A program made the position numbers and the translations under genes. Positions 46,912 to 56,879 of a stretch of 64,000 nt of DNA are shown piece after piece. The notes below the pieces were generated by a model. The model did no database searches, was not told where the DNA came from, and saw nothing but the letters and a program-made list of their open reading frames with translations. Positions within the stretch are counted from its first letter, which is position 1; each line of letters starts with the position of its first letter. Source of the DNA: an uncultured virus (IMG/VR IMGVR_UViG_3300030104_002980). Taxonomy: Duplodnaviria; Heunggongvirae; Uroviricota; Caudoviricetes. The stretch lies in IMG/VR virus record IMGVR_UViG_3300030104_002980, one strand, 5' to 3'.

Positions 46912-47321
46912 ATCCACTCGCTGAATTACTTGGAATTGAATTAGAAGAGGAATCAACTCGAAAGTGTAATAAATGTGGGGAGATAAAACCCATTGATGCT
47001 TTTGGTTGGAATTGTTATGGTTCGCAAAGATTTCGTCGTAAGATCTGTATATCATGTCGAACACATTCTGATAGGACTAAAAGAGTTGCTATCAAGAAAA
47101 AAGGAACATATACAAAACCTCCTGTAGGAACTCCCTGCGAATGTTGTGGAATTCCAATGACTCATGATAAAGAAATGTCAGGTGTGTGTTTTGATCATGA
47201 TTCAGTCAAAGAAGAGTTTCGTGGTTGGATATGTAAAAAATGTAATACATCTATGGGTTTGCATGGTGATGATATAGAGGGTATCAAAAAAATAATTGTG
47301 TATCTTGAGGGGAAACAATGA
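46908..47321 (+). CDS. Endonuclease VII-like (His-Me finger) protein, putative free-standing homing endonuclease
   Basis: N-terminal CxxC...CxxC, then CECCG...FDHD...FRGWICKKCN..MG. Confidence 0.75.
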   Translation: MNPLAELLGIELEEESTRKCNKCGEIKPIDAFGWNCYGSQRFRRKICISCRTHSDRTKRVAIKKKGTYTKPPVGTPCECCGIPMTHDKEMSGVCFDHDSVKEEFRGWICKKCNTSMGLHGDDIEGIKKIIVYLEGKQ

Positions 47322-49813
47322 AATTTTATACTAATGTCCAGTTAATTGGTAATCAGTTTCTGGTTCGTGGTGTTGAGAATGGGAAAAGATATGAACATAG
47401 AGATGAATTCTTTCCCACTCTTTTCGTTAGATCAAAAAAGAAAACAAAATATAGAACATTAAATGGTGTTCCGGTTGATGCTGTCAGACCCGGAACTGTA
47501 AGAGAGTGTCGAGATTTTTATAAAAAGTATGATGAAGTAGAGGGATTTGACATATACGGAAATGATCGTTATATCTATCAATACATATCTGAGAAATATC
47601 CAGAGGATGAAATCAAATTTGATATTAGTAAGATCAAACTTGTAACTCTTGATATTGAGGTTTCGTCTGAGCAGGGATTCCCCGATGTTGAATCGTGCAC
47701 AGAACAGATTCTGGCAATCACAATCCAAGACTATACAACAAAAGAAATTATTACATGGGGTGTTAATCCATTTAATAATACACAAAAGAATGTGACATAT
47801 CATTGTTGCAATACTGAAGAGAATTTACTTCGCACCTTTATTAATCATTGGATGCAAGATGTTCCTGATGTGATTACTGGTTGGAATATTCAGTTATACG
47901 ACATACCTTATATTTGTAAACGCATCAATCGTGTTCTTGGTGAGAAAACAATGAAACGCATGTCACCTTGGGGTCTTGTATCTGAGGGTGAAATTTATAT
48001 TAATGGTCGTAAACATACCACCTTTGATGTTGGTGGTGTTACGCAACTTGATTACTTGGATCTATACAAGAAGTTTACATACAAGGCACAAGAATCATAC
48101 CGATTAGATTACATTGCAAAGGTAGAACTTGGTCAACAAAAACTTGACCACTCAGAGTTTGATACATTCAAAGACTTCTATACAAAAGGGTGGCAGAAGT
48201 TTATTGAATACAACATCATTGACGTTGAACTTGTTGACCGTTTGGAAGACAAGATGAAACTGATTGAACTTGCATTGACGATGGCATATGATGCCAAGGT
48301 GAATTACAACGATGTGTTTTATCAGGTAAGAATGTGGGATACTATTATCTACAACTATCTCAAGAAACGTAACATTGTAATCCCCCCAAAGAATAGATCA
48401 GCAAAGAATGAAAAGTATGCAGGTGCTTATGTAAAAGAACCAATTCCCGGAAAGTATGATTGGGTTGTAAACTTTGACCTTAACTCTCTATACCCTCATC
48501 TGATCATGCAATACAATATCTCGCCGGAGACATTGATTGAGGAAAGACACCCAACAGTTACTGTTGATAAAATATTATCTGAAGAGATAACATTTGAAAT
48601 GCATCAAAATAATGCGGTATGTGCAAACGGTGCAATGTATCGTAAGGATATTCGTGGGTTTCTACCAGAACTGATGGATAAGATGTATGGAGATCGTGTG
48701 GTCTTCAAAAAGAAAATGATTGAAGCAAAGAAACAGTATGAAAAAACTCCTACTAAACAATTGGAAAAGGAGATTGCTAGATGTAACAACATTCAAATGG
48801 CAAAAAAGATCTCCCTTAATAGTGCTTATGGTGCTATTGGTAATCAATATTTTCGCTATTACAAACTTGCCAATGCAGAAGCTATTACACTATCTGGTCA
48901 GGTTTCTATCCGTTGGATAGAAAACAAAATGAACAACTATCTAAACAAAATACTTAAAACAGAGGAGGTTGACTATGTTATTGCTTCAGATACTGATTCC
49001 ATCTATCTTAATCTTGGGCCTTTGGTGGAGGTCATATACAAAGATCGAGAGAAGGATGGTGCGAGCATTGTCTCGTTCCTTAATAAGATCTGTGAAATGG
49101 AACTTGAGAAGTATATTGAGAGTTCTTACGAAGCGTTGGCGAAATACGTAAACGCATATGATCAAAAGATGTTTATGAAGAGGGAGAACATCGCAGATCG
49201 TGGTATATGGACAGCAAAGAAAAGATATATTCTAAATGTATGGGATAGTGAAGGTGTTCGTTATGAAGAACCTAAACTGAAGATGATGGGTATTGAGGCA
49301 GTCAAGTCATCAACTCCTGCACCTTGTCGTAAGATGATTAAGGATGCACTTAAGATAATGATGAATGGCACAGAGGAAGATATAATTGATTATATTGATG
49401 CTTGTCGTAAGGAATTCAAAACATTACCGGCAGAGGAAATATCATTTCCTCGCACAGCATCAAATGTAGATAAGTATCGAGCACATTCTACGATATACTC
49501 AAAGGGAACTCCCATACATATACGTGGTGCGTTATTGTTTAACCACCATGTGAAAAAGAATAAGTTGGATAATAAATATTCACTTATTCAAAACGGTGAA
49601 AAAATTAAATTCTGTTATTTGAAAAAACCTAACATTATTCACGAAAATATTATATCCTTTATCCAAGACTTTCCTCGTGAAATTGGACTTGATGCGTATA
49701 TCGATTATGATCTACAATTTGATAAGTCATTCTTGGAACCACTCAAAATCATTCTTGATGCGATTGGGTGGAATGTAGAAAAAACTGTAAACCTCGAACT
49801 ATTCTTTTCCTAA
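47318..49813 (+). CDS. gp43: Family B DNA polymerase gp43
   Basis: Exo DIE, DLNSLYP, KISLNSAYG, SDTDS; 831 aa, uninterrupted. Confidence 0.99.
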   Translation: MKFYTNVQLIGNQFLVRGVENGKRYEHRDEFFPTLFVRSKKKTKYRTLNGVPVDAVRPGTVRECRDFYKKYDEVEGFDIYGNDRYIYQYISEKYPEDEIKFDISKIKLVTLDIEVSSEQGFPDVESCTEQILAITIQDYTTKEIITWGVNPFNNTQKNVTYHCCNTEENLLRTFINHWMQDVPDVITGWNIQLYDIPYICKRINRVLGEKTMKRMSPWGLVSEGEIYINGRKHTTFDVGGVTQLDYLDLYKKFTYKAQESYRLDYIAKVELGQQKLDHSEFDTFKDFYTKGWQKFIEYNIIDVELVDRLEDKMKLIELALTMAYDAKVNYNDVFYQVRMWDTIIYNYLKKRNIVIPPKNRSAKNEKYAGAYVKEPIPGKYDWVVNFDLNSLYPHLIMQYNISPETLIEERHPTVTVDKILSEEITFEMHQNNAVCANGAMYRKDIRGFLPELMDKMYGDRVVFKKKMIEAKKQYEKTPTKQLEKEIARCNNIQMAKKISLNSAYGAIGNQYFRYYKLANAEAITLSGQVSIRWIENKMNNYLNKILKTEEVDYVIASDTDSIYLNLGPLVEVIYKDREKDGASIVSFLNKICEMELEKYIESSYEALAKYVNAYDQKMFMKRENIADRGIWTAKKRYILNVWDSEGVRYEEPKLKMMGIEAVKSSTPAPCRKMIKDALKIMMNGTEEDIIDYIDACRKEFKTLPAEEISFPRTASNVDKYRAHSTIYSKGTPIHIRGALLFNHHVKKNKLDNKYSLIQNGEKIKFCYLKKPNIIHENIISFIQDFPREIGLDAYIDYDLQFDKSFLEPLKIILDAIGWNVEKTVNLELFFS

Positions 49814-49983
49814 TGGATTTACCTGTTGACGACAGAGAACTTGCCACTATAATAAAAGCATTGACTTTAGGTGGTGATACTGCATTGTATCAAAAACTTA
49901 AATTAGTCAAAGAAACACGGGATCAAAATCCCGGTGGCCCTTATAAAAAAATTCTACGTGAAACTCACGGATTAGTGATATGA
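49813..49983 (+). CDS. Small hypothetical protein (56 aa)
   Basis: MDLPVDDRELATII...; TAATG-coupled to gp43. Confidence 0.7.
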   Translation: MDLPVDDRELATIIKALTLGGDTALYQKLKLVKETRDQNPGGPYKKILRETHGLVI

Positions 49984-50249
49984 TTTTTTCTACTTTAATT
50001 GAACACGGAAACTACGATGGATTACCACCAACAGGTGTATTCATATTTTGGATCGTGGCATCCATAGTTATAACAGTAGGGTATGGTTTATACTATACTT
50101 TTGGAGAAGGTGGTAAAAACCTTAAAGATGAAATTTTAGAGCATGCAAAAATGCATGAGTTAGGGATTGCACATGGTCATGAAGGACGTAAACCAGTGAT
50201 GACACAGAGAGCACAAGAAAAAGATTATCCACTACATCATCATAAGTAA
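49980..50249 (+). CDS. psbN: PsbN-like single-TM protein with His-rich extension
   Basis: GYGLYYTFGEGGKNLKDEILEH aligns without gaps to the PsbN core G(Y/F)xLYxxFGxxxxxLxDxxxxH after a TM helix. Confidence 0.65.
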   Translation: MIFSTLIEHGNYDGLPPTGVFIFWIVASIVITVGYGLYYTFGEGGKNLKDEILEHAKMHELGIAHGHEGRKPVMTQRAQEKDYPLHHHK

Positions 50250-50710
50250 TGTTTTATAAAAAAGTGAGTCTGGTTACTGGTGGGTTTGATCCCTTACACA
50301 GTGGTCACATATCATATTTTGCAAGAGCAAAAGACTTCTCTGATTTTTTAGTTGTAGGTATTAATACTGAAGAGTGGTTAACTAAAAAGAAGGGACAATA
50401 CTTTCAATCATGGACAGAGAGAGCAGAAATTATTCGTCATCTAAGAATGGTTGATGCTGTTATTACTGTCCCTGATGACGATCAAGGATCCGCGTGTGGT
50501 GCAATAGATAAATGTTTAGAGATTGCAGATGAAATTATTTTCTGTAACGGAGGTGACAGAGAAAAAGGTAACACACCAGAACTTGACAGATTTAAAAAAA
50601 ATGATAGAGTTAAGTTTGAATGGGGTATCGGTGGTAATGATAAAATGAATAGTAGTTCATGGATTCTACACGGATATTTTGAAAGACAACGTAAATTACT
50701 AGGAATCTGA
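50249..50710 (+). CDS. Cytidylyltransferase-like (TagD/RfaE domain II) nucleotidyltransferase
   Basis: TGGFDPLHSGH, ERAEII, NGGDR, KMNSSS. Confidence 0.88.
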   Translation: MFYKKVSLVTGGFDPLHSGHISYFARAKDFSDFLVVGINTEEWLTKKKGQYFQSWTERAEIIRHLRMVDAVITVPDDDQGSACGAIDKCLEIADEIIFCNGGDREKGNTPELDRFKKNDRVKFEWGIGGNDKMNSSSWILHGYFERQRKLLGI

Positions 50711-51249
50711 TGGAAACGCATAGAAATACATTGCGTATGTTACTCAAAGAGAGAGCGTATAAGCATGGTAAATTTACCCTATCATCGGGTAAAGAATCAG
50801 AACATTACATCAATTGCAAACCTGTCACCTTATCGTGTGAAGGGAATGCATTGTTATCTCACCTAATGATTGAACATGTGGAGGATAACGCTGCAGCAGT
50901 AGGTGGTCTAACTTTAGGTGCTGATCCTTTAGTATGCGGCATTGCACAGAAGGCTTATTATTCTGGTAAACATATTGATGCTCTTATTGTAAGAAAAAAT
51001 CCTAAAGGATATGGGACAAAGGAAGTTATTGAAGGTAACAAACCACCAAAAGGATCAGTTGTTACTGTTTTAGAAGATGTTACTACTACAGGTAGTAGTG
51101 CAATCAAGGCAGTGAATGTATTACGAGATGCAGGTTACATTGTAAATCGTGTTGTTGCGATTGTAGATCGTCAAGAGAATCATAAGGTATGGGAAAATAA
51201 TGAACTTGAATTTATATCATTGTTTAAACTAGAGGATATTATAAAATGA
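50710..51249 (+). CDS. pyrE: Orotate phosphoribosyltransferase
   Basis: FTLSSG..S..Y, GGLTLGADP, VRK..KGYG, VLEDVTTTGSS PRPP loop. Confidence 0.93.
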   Translation: METHRNTLRMLLKERAYKHGKFTLSSGKESEHYINCKPVTLSCEGNALLSHLMIEHVEDNAAAVGGLTLGADPLVCGIAQKAYYSGKHIDALIVRKNPKGYGTKEVIEGNKPPKGSVVTVLEDVTTTGSSAIKAVNVLRDAGYIVNRVVAIVDRQENHKVWENNELEFISLFKLEDIIK

Positions 51250-51395
51250 ATTGTTGGCATTGTAATACTGAACTCATCTGGGGTGGGGATCAAGATCTTG
51301 ACGATTATCCAGATATGGAGTATGATATAGTTACTAATTTATCATGCCCAAAGTGTGAATCTTACGTTGAAGTTTATCATAAAATAAAAAAATAA
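51246..51395 (+). CDS. Small zinc-ribbon protein (49 aa) not in the supplied track
   Basis: MNCWHCNTELIWGGDQD...NLSCPKCESYVEVYHKIKK; two CxxC. Confidence 0.75.
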   Translation: MNCWHCNTELIWGGDQDLDDYPDMEYDIVTNLSCPKCESYVEVYHKIKK

Positions 51396-51397
51396 TT

Positions 51398-52405
51398 ATG
51401 GATTTTCTGAAAGAGATAGTAAAAGAGATTGGAGATGACTTTACCCAACTGGCATCAAATATCGATGAAACTGAAACATTCATTGACACAGGTTCGTTTA
51501 TTTTTAATGGACTTATATCAGGGAGTATATTTGGCGGTGTATCTAATAACAAGATCACTGCAATTGCTGGTGAAAGCAGCACTGGAAAGACTTTTTTCTC
51601 CCTCGCAGTGGTTAAAAACTTCCTTGATTCTAATCCTGATGGTTATTGTTTATACTTTGACACAGAGGCCGCAGTTAATAAAGGATTACTTCAGTCTCGT
51701 GGTATAGATTTAGATCGTCTTGTTGTAGTAAATGTTGTTACAATAGAAGAGTTTCGTAGTAAAGCACTCAAGGCAGTAGATATCTATCTCAAAAAACCAG
51801 AGGATGAACGTAAACCATGTATGTTTGTGTTAGATTCTCTTGGCATGTTATCGACAGAGAAAGAAATAAATGATACACTAAATGAAAAACAAGTTAGAGA
51901 TATGACCAAATCTCAACTTGTCAAAGGTGCATTTAGAATGCTCACTTTGAAACTTGGTCAAGCAAAGATTCCACTTATTGTTACTAACCACACTTATGAT
52001 GTCATTGGTTCTTATGTCCCTACAAAAGAAATGGGAGGAGGCAGCGGTCTCAAGTATGCTTCAAGCACAATCATTTATCTCAGTAAGAAAAAGGAGAAGG
52101 ATGGAAAGGAAGTTATTGGAAACATTATCAAAGCAAAGACTCATAAATCACGCTTGAGTAAAGAAAACAAAACAGTTGAGATTCGTTTATATTATGATGA
52201 ACGTGGTCTTGACAAATATTATGGTCTCCTTGAGTTAGGTGAGATTGGTGGACTATGGAAAAACGTTGCTGGTAGATATGAAATCAATGGTAAAAAAATC
52301 TATGCAAAACAAATCTATGCAGAACCAGAAACATACTTTGATGATTATGTAATGCAAGCTCTAGATGAAATAGCACAAAAGGAGTTTAGTTATGGAGAAA
52401 GTTGA
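51398..52405 (+). CDS. uvsX: RecA-like recombinase UvsX
   Basis: AGESSTGKT, FDTE, DSLGML, NHTY, MGGGSG. Confidence 0.97.
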   Translation: MDFLKEIVKEIGDDFTQLASNIDETETFIDTGSFIFNGLISGSIFGGVSNNKITAIAGESSTGKTFFSLAVVKNFLDSNPDGYCLYFDTEAAVNKGLLQSRGIDLDRLVVVNVVTIEEFRSKALKAVDIYLKKPEDERKPCMFVLDSLGMLSTEKEINDTLNEKQVRDMTKSQLVKGAFRMLTLKLGQAKIPLIVTNHTYDVIGSYVPTKEMGGGSGLKYASSTIIYLSKKKEKDGKEVIGNIIKAKTHKSRLSKENKTVEIRLYYDERGLDKYYGLLELGEIGGLWKNVAGRYEINGKKIYAKQIYAEPETYFDDYVMQALDEIAQKEFSYGES

Positions 52406-53768
52406 GTTTCTTATCTTAAGAAACCTTTTATATAATGAAGAATATCTCCGTAAAGTTGTCCCTTTTATTAAACCAGAATACTTTGAAGATGAAAAACAAA
52501 AGATAGTTTTTCAAGAGATTACTGCGTTTGCTGAACAGTATAATGAACTTACTACCAAAGAAGTTCTTTGTATTGAGATTGAAAAACGAAATGATATTAA
52601 TGACTCTATGTTCAAGGATATCACGTTGTTCATCGGTGAATTAGACGACAATCCTGCAGATCTTACATGGTTACTCGATACAACTGAAAAGTGGTGTCGA
52701 GATCGTGCTATATACTTAGCATTAATAGAATCAATACAACTAGCAGATGGAAAAGATGACACTAAAGGAAGGGATGCTATTCCTTCTATTTTGTCTGATG
52801 CTCTGGCTGTGTCTTTCGATAATCATGTAGGTCATGATTATTTAATTGATTATGAGGATAGATATGAGTCTTATCACAGAAAAGAAGATAAGATACCATT
52901 CGACTTGGAGTTCTTCGATAAAGTCACAAAAGGAGGTCTCCCGAATAAAACGCTTAACATCGCTCTTGCTGGCACTGGTGTTGGTAAGTCTTTGTTTATG
53001 TGCCATTTTGCCTCTTCTGTTTTACTCCAAGGTAAAAATGTTCTCTATATTACTATGGAGATGGCTGAAGAAAAGATTGCGGAAAGGATTGATGCGAATC
53101 TTTTGAATATTAATATTCAAGATATTACAGACTTACCTAAACCAATGTTTGAAAGTAAGGTGACTGACATATCAAAGAAGACACAAGGCACACTTATAAT
53201 TAAAGAGTATCCAACTGCTGCTGCACATTCAGGTCATTTTAAATCATTGTTAAATGAACTTGCATTAAAAAAGTCTTTTAGACCTGATATCATATTCATT
53301 GATTACCTAAACATATGTGCATCCTCTCGTTATCGAGGTAATTCTAATGTCAATTCTTACTCGTATATCAAAGCAATTGCGGAAGAACTCCGTGGTCTTG
53401 CGGTTGAAGCAAACCTTCCAATCGTTTCAGCTACCCAAACCACTCGTAGTGGGTTTGCTAGTAGTGATGTGGATCTTACAGATACGTCCGAATCCTTTGG
53501 TCTCCCTGCAACTGCTGACCTTATGTTCGCTCTTATATCTACAGAGGAGTTGGAGAGCATCAACCAAATATTGGTTAAGCAATTAAAGAATAGATATAAT
53601 GATCCCACCATACATAAACGTTTTGTTGTTGGTATTGATCGTGCAAAGATGAGATTATATGATTGTGAACAGAAAGCACAAGATGATATTATTGACAACG
53701 GACAAGAAACAGAGTATGATGATGATAAATCAAAATTCAAAAAAACATTCGGTGATTTTAAATTCTAA
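52392..53768 (+). CDS. gp41: Replicative helicase gp41
   Basis: AGTGVGKS, MEMAE, IDYLNI, SESFGLP.TAD, KQLKNRY. Confidence 0.98.
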   Translation: MEKVEFLILRNLLYNEEYLRKVVPFIKPEYFEDEKQKIVFQEITAFAEQYNELTTKEVLCIEIEKRNDINDSMFKDITLFIGELDDNPADLTWLLDTTEKWCRDRAIYLALIESIQLADGKDDTKGRDAIPSILSDALAVSFDNHVGHDYLIDYEDRYESYHRKEDKIPFDLEFFDKVTKGGLPNKTLNIALAGTGVGKSLFMCHFASSVLLQGKNVLYITMEMAEEKIAERIDANLLNINIQDITDLPKPMFESKVTDISKKTQGTLIIKEYPTAAAHSGHFKSLLNELALKKSFRPDIIFIDYLNICASSRYRGNSNVNSYSYIKAIAEELRGLAVEANLPIVSATQTTRSGFASSDVDLTDTSESFGLPATADLMFALISTEELESINQILVKQLKNRYNDPTIHKRFVVGIDRAKMRLYDCEQKAQDDIIDNGQETEYDDDKSKFKKTFGDFKF

Positions 53769-54064
53769 TGACATTACCTGATTATTTTTATCCCTACTGG
53801 TCTGTATATGATGGTCTAGGTCAACATTATAATGATTGCAGTCATGAAAAATATGCTATAGATACTTTGAGATTGCATCCTAATGAGGGGTTTACATACA
53901 AACAAATAAATGCGCCAAAACCATTACCACCACATATTGTTGATGTAACTGCCGAAACAGAAGGTGCATTACCCGGTCAAAGGGGATTACCTAAAGTAAC
54001 CGAAAGATTGCCCTTTGAACCCATACTAGAAGAACTACCCGAAAGTAATTTACAAGAAATTTAA
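53768..54064 (+). CDS. Hypothetical protein
   Basis: 98 aa, TAATG-coupled. Confidence 0.7.
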   Translation: MTLPDYFYPYWSVYDGLGQHYNDCSHEKYAIDTLRLHPNEGFTYKQINAPKPLPPHIVDVTAETEGALPGQRGLPKVTERLPFEPILEELPESNLQEI

Positions 54065-54066
54065 TT

Positions 54067-54474
54067 ATGACAGTTGACACAGAAAAATACTTAGACTTTG
54101 TGCATGATGTAACAAGCGCAGAAAGTTTAGACTATGCTGCTCTCTTAACTCGTATGAATAAATTAGAGTTAGAAGATGACTGTAACCTATCACAGTTATT
54201 AACCGCTGCACTTGGTCTCACAGCAGAGTCTGGTGAATTTACTGAAGTAGTAAAGAAAATTATTCTTCAAGGTAAACCATATAATGAAGATAATGTCTTT
54301 CATATGAAGAGAGAACTAGGTGATATTTGTTGGTATATTGCTCAAGCATGTATGGCACTCGATACAACATTTGATGAAATAATCGAGATGAATGTTGATA
54401 AATTAAAGAAAAGATATCCCGGTGGTGAGTTTAACGTGCATCAATCCGAAAATCGTAAGGCAGGAGATCTATAA
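54067..54474 (+). CDS. mazG: MazG-like NTP pyrophosphohydrolase
   Basis: GLTAESGEFTEVVKK, ELGDICWY, N..KL..RYP. Confidence 0.93.
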   Translation: MTVDTEKYLDFVHDVTSAESLDYAALLTRMNKLELEDDCNLSQLLTAALGLTAESGEFTEVVKKIILQGKPYNEDNVFHMKRELGDICWYIAQACMALDTTFDEIIEMNVDKLKKRYPGGEFNVHQSENRKAGDL

Positions 54475-54477
54475 ATA
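54470..54477 (+). promoter_or_regulatory. Late promoter TATAAATA
   Basis: Exact T4 late consensus upstream of 54503. Confidence 0.75.
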
Positions 54478-54502
54478 CTATTGTTAAATTCTAATAATTC
54501 CC

Positions 54503-55192
54503 ATGGGCTTAATGAATGATCTTGCAGGTTTATCTGCAGCATACGCCTCTATGAATAAGAGTGATCAAGGATATCTTTTGACAAGAGCAGATAAAGATGG
54601 TAATACTCCTGCGTGGCAAAATCGTTATAAGATAAATGAGGCAACAGGTAAACCATTGTATATAATGGCAGATCATCTTGTTGAGTCATTCGAGAATGAA
54701 CTATTTCATAAAATTGATGAGGCTCTTGAGGAGTTAGATAAGTTAAACGAAGGTAAGATACCTGCAGGACTTAGAGCATACCTTGATAAGAAAAAAGGTA
54801 AAAAAGGTAATGGAAAAGATAATGGTAATGGGAAAGATCATGATGATGATAATGGAAATGGTAAAGGGAAACCAGATTTCATAGATCTTGATAAAGATGG
54901 TGATAAAAAGGAGTCAATGAAAAAGGCTGCTAAAGATAAGAAAATGAAAGAAGAATATGTAGATGAAATGGTGAAGGGTGCAGATCCAGTCATGAGAAAA
55001 ATGGCATCACAGGATAGACAGCAAGGTAAAGATAAACTTTTATCAAAGAAAAAAGGTCAAACAAACGCTGCACATATGATGACAAAAATAAAAATGAGTC
55101 CCGGATATGGTGAAGAAACTAACATAGTTCAAAAATTAATTGATTCAGGTAGGTTTACAGAATCAGAAATTAGAGGTATACTAGAGTCATAG
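54503..55192 (+). CDS. Late modular basic protein with EF-hand-like motif
   Basis: PDFIDLDKDGDKKESMKKAAKD (DxDxDG); K/G/N-rich linker. Confidence 0.7.
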   Translation: MGLMNDLAGLSAAYASMNKSDQGYLLTRADKDGNTPAWQNRYKINEATGKPLYIMADHLVESFENELFHKIDEALEELDKLNEGKIPAGLRAYLDKKKGKKGNGKDNGNGKDHDDDNGNGKGKPDFIDLDKDGDKKESMKKAAKDKKMKEEYVDEMVKGADPVMRKMASQDRQQGKDKLLSKKKGQTNAAHMMTKIKMSPGYGEETNIVQKLIDSGRFTESEIRGILES

Positions 55193-55205
55193 TTTCTATG
55201 ACATT

Positions 55206-55421
55206 ATGATTAATTTACGTGACGACATTTTAAAATCACAAATCAATTACTATCAAGGTTTGATTTGTAAGCATCAACAAAATGTCGAAATCTATCTTAA
55301 CCAACCAGTAGGTATTGGTGAACACTCTGATGTTATGGCAACGATTGAGAAGGAACTCAGTGAGATTGCTAAAGCACATGAGAACATAGAAGTTATCAAT
55401 CACTATTTTCTCAACAGGTAA
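55206..55421 (+). CDS. Conserved small hypothetical protein
   Basis: NVEIYL.QPVGIGEHSDV motif. Confidence 0.8.
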   Translation: MINLRDDILKSQINYYQGLICKHQQNVEIYLNQPVGIGEHSDVMATIEKELSEIAKAHENIEVINHYFLNR

Positions 55422-56848
55422 TGGCAATCACTGTTTCAAAAAAAGACGTAGAAGTTTTAAGTGAAGCATTGTTTTGCTATTATTTTGCAATTTACAAAAA
55501 AAATAAATTTAAAAAATATAGTATTAGTGATTGGTTGAATATTAATAATCAAGGGGACTTGAATAAATGGTCAAGTAATCTTGGTATCAATTCAATCACT
55601 AAAAAAGTAAATTCAGATTCTGCATTTATTTCGAGACTAGATAAAGTTTATACATTCCTTACAGAAAAGGGATGGCATCCAAGATTAGTGATGCAAATGG
55701 ATAAATTTTCATCATCTTATAATATAAATGGTCAATGTGAAATTATGAGAGCAGATGAGATACCTGCTCAATATGATCCATATAAAGTATATGAAGAGAT
55801 ATCAAAAAAAGCAAAGACAGCTTTAGGATTTAGAGGAACAGTTGATAAAGACAAATGGAATCCCTCAGATGTTTGGATATTTACACCGAAGTCAGTCAAT
55901 GTTTTAAAAGATTATGTTAAAAATTTAAATAAAAGAATATTAATAGATCCTGAATATAAAGTCGGATATCTTAATGCATTGAACAATGCGATCTTTAATC
56001 TATATGAGAAGAAACAATTATATCCTATATCACTTAAAGCACCGGGTTCATCGGTAAAAATAACATTAGAAAATGCGAAAGGTATATCTATAAAAAAAGT
56101 TGTTCGTTATACACAACTTAAATATGACAATAACAATCAAGATGCAAAGATAGGATTTGCGGTTGATTTATTTAATGAAACAACAAAAGGAACTATTAAG
56201 AAGGATTATATAGTTGGTAATATAAAAACAAAAACTGTTCCATCTGGTGGTGCTAGATTGGAGATAGAAGTTAAAGGTGGTGGTGCAAGATATGGAACTA
56301 TGGGAACTGAAAATTATCAGTATATAATAAGTGAAACAGATAATAGTGGTATTCAGTCACTTGATAAAATTAGAACTAATTTAGAAAGAAGTAATCCAGT
56401 ATTGAGGAAATATTGGTCAGGATCAAGTGGTAGGAATTGGTTGGCACGAAAAAAATTACTTGAATCTTTCAAAAAAGATCCAGTTCAATTTAAAAATGAA
56501 ATTGAACCATACACTCAGGCTCTATACAAACATCTAAATGGAACTTTTTGGGATCCATCAAATGCAGAAAGAGGTGCGAGAAGTCCAGAGGAAGCATGGT
56601 TAAATAAAACTCATGCAGGTGAGGTAGGTGTTGCAGTAAATGATATTGCAAATAAAATAAGTCGGGACATTACTGTTGAAAATTTATTTGACTTAGCAGC
56701 ATCTCAAAGATTTGGTGCTGGTATTAGTGCACAACAACTAGAAAGGAGAAAACAAATGCTTCCTAACAGTTTAAGAGAGATTAATAATGTCCCTGTTACT
56801 GAGGCAAAAACAATATGGAATGCATGCTTTCATCTTGTTGTTAAATAA
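55421..56848 (+). CDS. Hypothetical protein, possible PD-(D/E)XK-like nuclease
   Basis: Early helix E, DKWNPSDVW, then YPISLK, resembling variant restriction-like nuclease cores. Confidence 0.5.
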   Translation: MAITVSKKDVEVLSEALFCYYFAIYKKNKFKKYSISDWLNINNQGDLNKWSSNLGINSITKKVNSDSAFISRLDKVYTFLTEKGWHPRLVMQMDKFSSSYNINGQCEIMRADEIPAQYDPYKVYEEISKKAKTALGFRGTVDKDKWNPSDVWIFTPKSVNVLKDYVKNLNKRILIDPEYKVGYLNALNNAIFNLYEKKQLYPISLKAPGSSVKITLENAKGISIKKVVRYTQLKYDNNNQDAKIGFAVDLFNETTKGTIKKDYIVGNIKTKTVPSGGARLEIEVKGGGARYGTMGTENYQYIISETDNSGIQSLDKIRTNLERSNPVLRKYWSGSSGRNWLARKKLLESFKKDPVQFKNEIEPYTQALYKHLNGTFWDPSNAERGARSPEEAWLNKTHAGEVGVAVNDIANKISRDITVENLFDLAASQRFGAGISAQQLERRKQMLPNSLREINNVPVTEAKTIWNACFHLVVK

Positions 56849-56879
56849 AAACGCTAAATAAAGTATATAATACCATCTT

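Noticed and set aside
13516..53768. Introns or inteins in gp17, gp20, gp23, uvsW, gp46, gp43, uvsX, gp41
   Set aside because: All are continuous ORFs of ordinary length, with no intein C/S...HN junctions or split frames evident.
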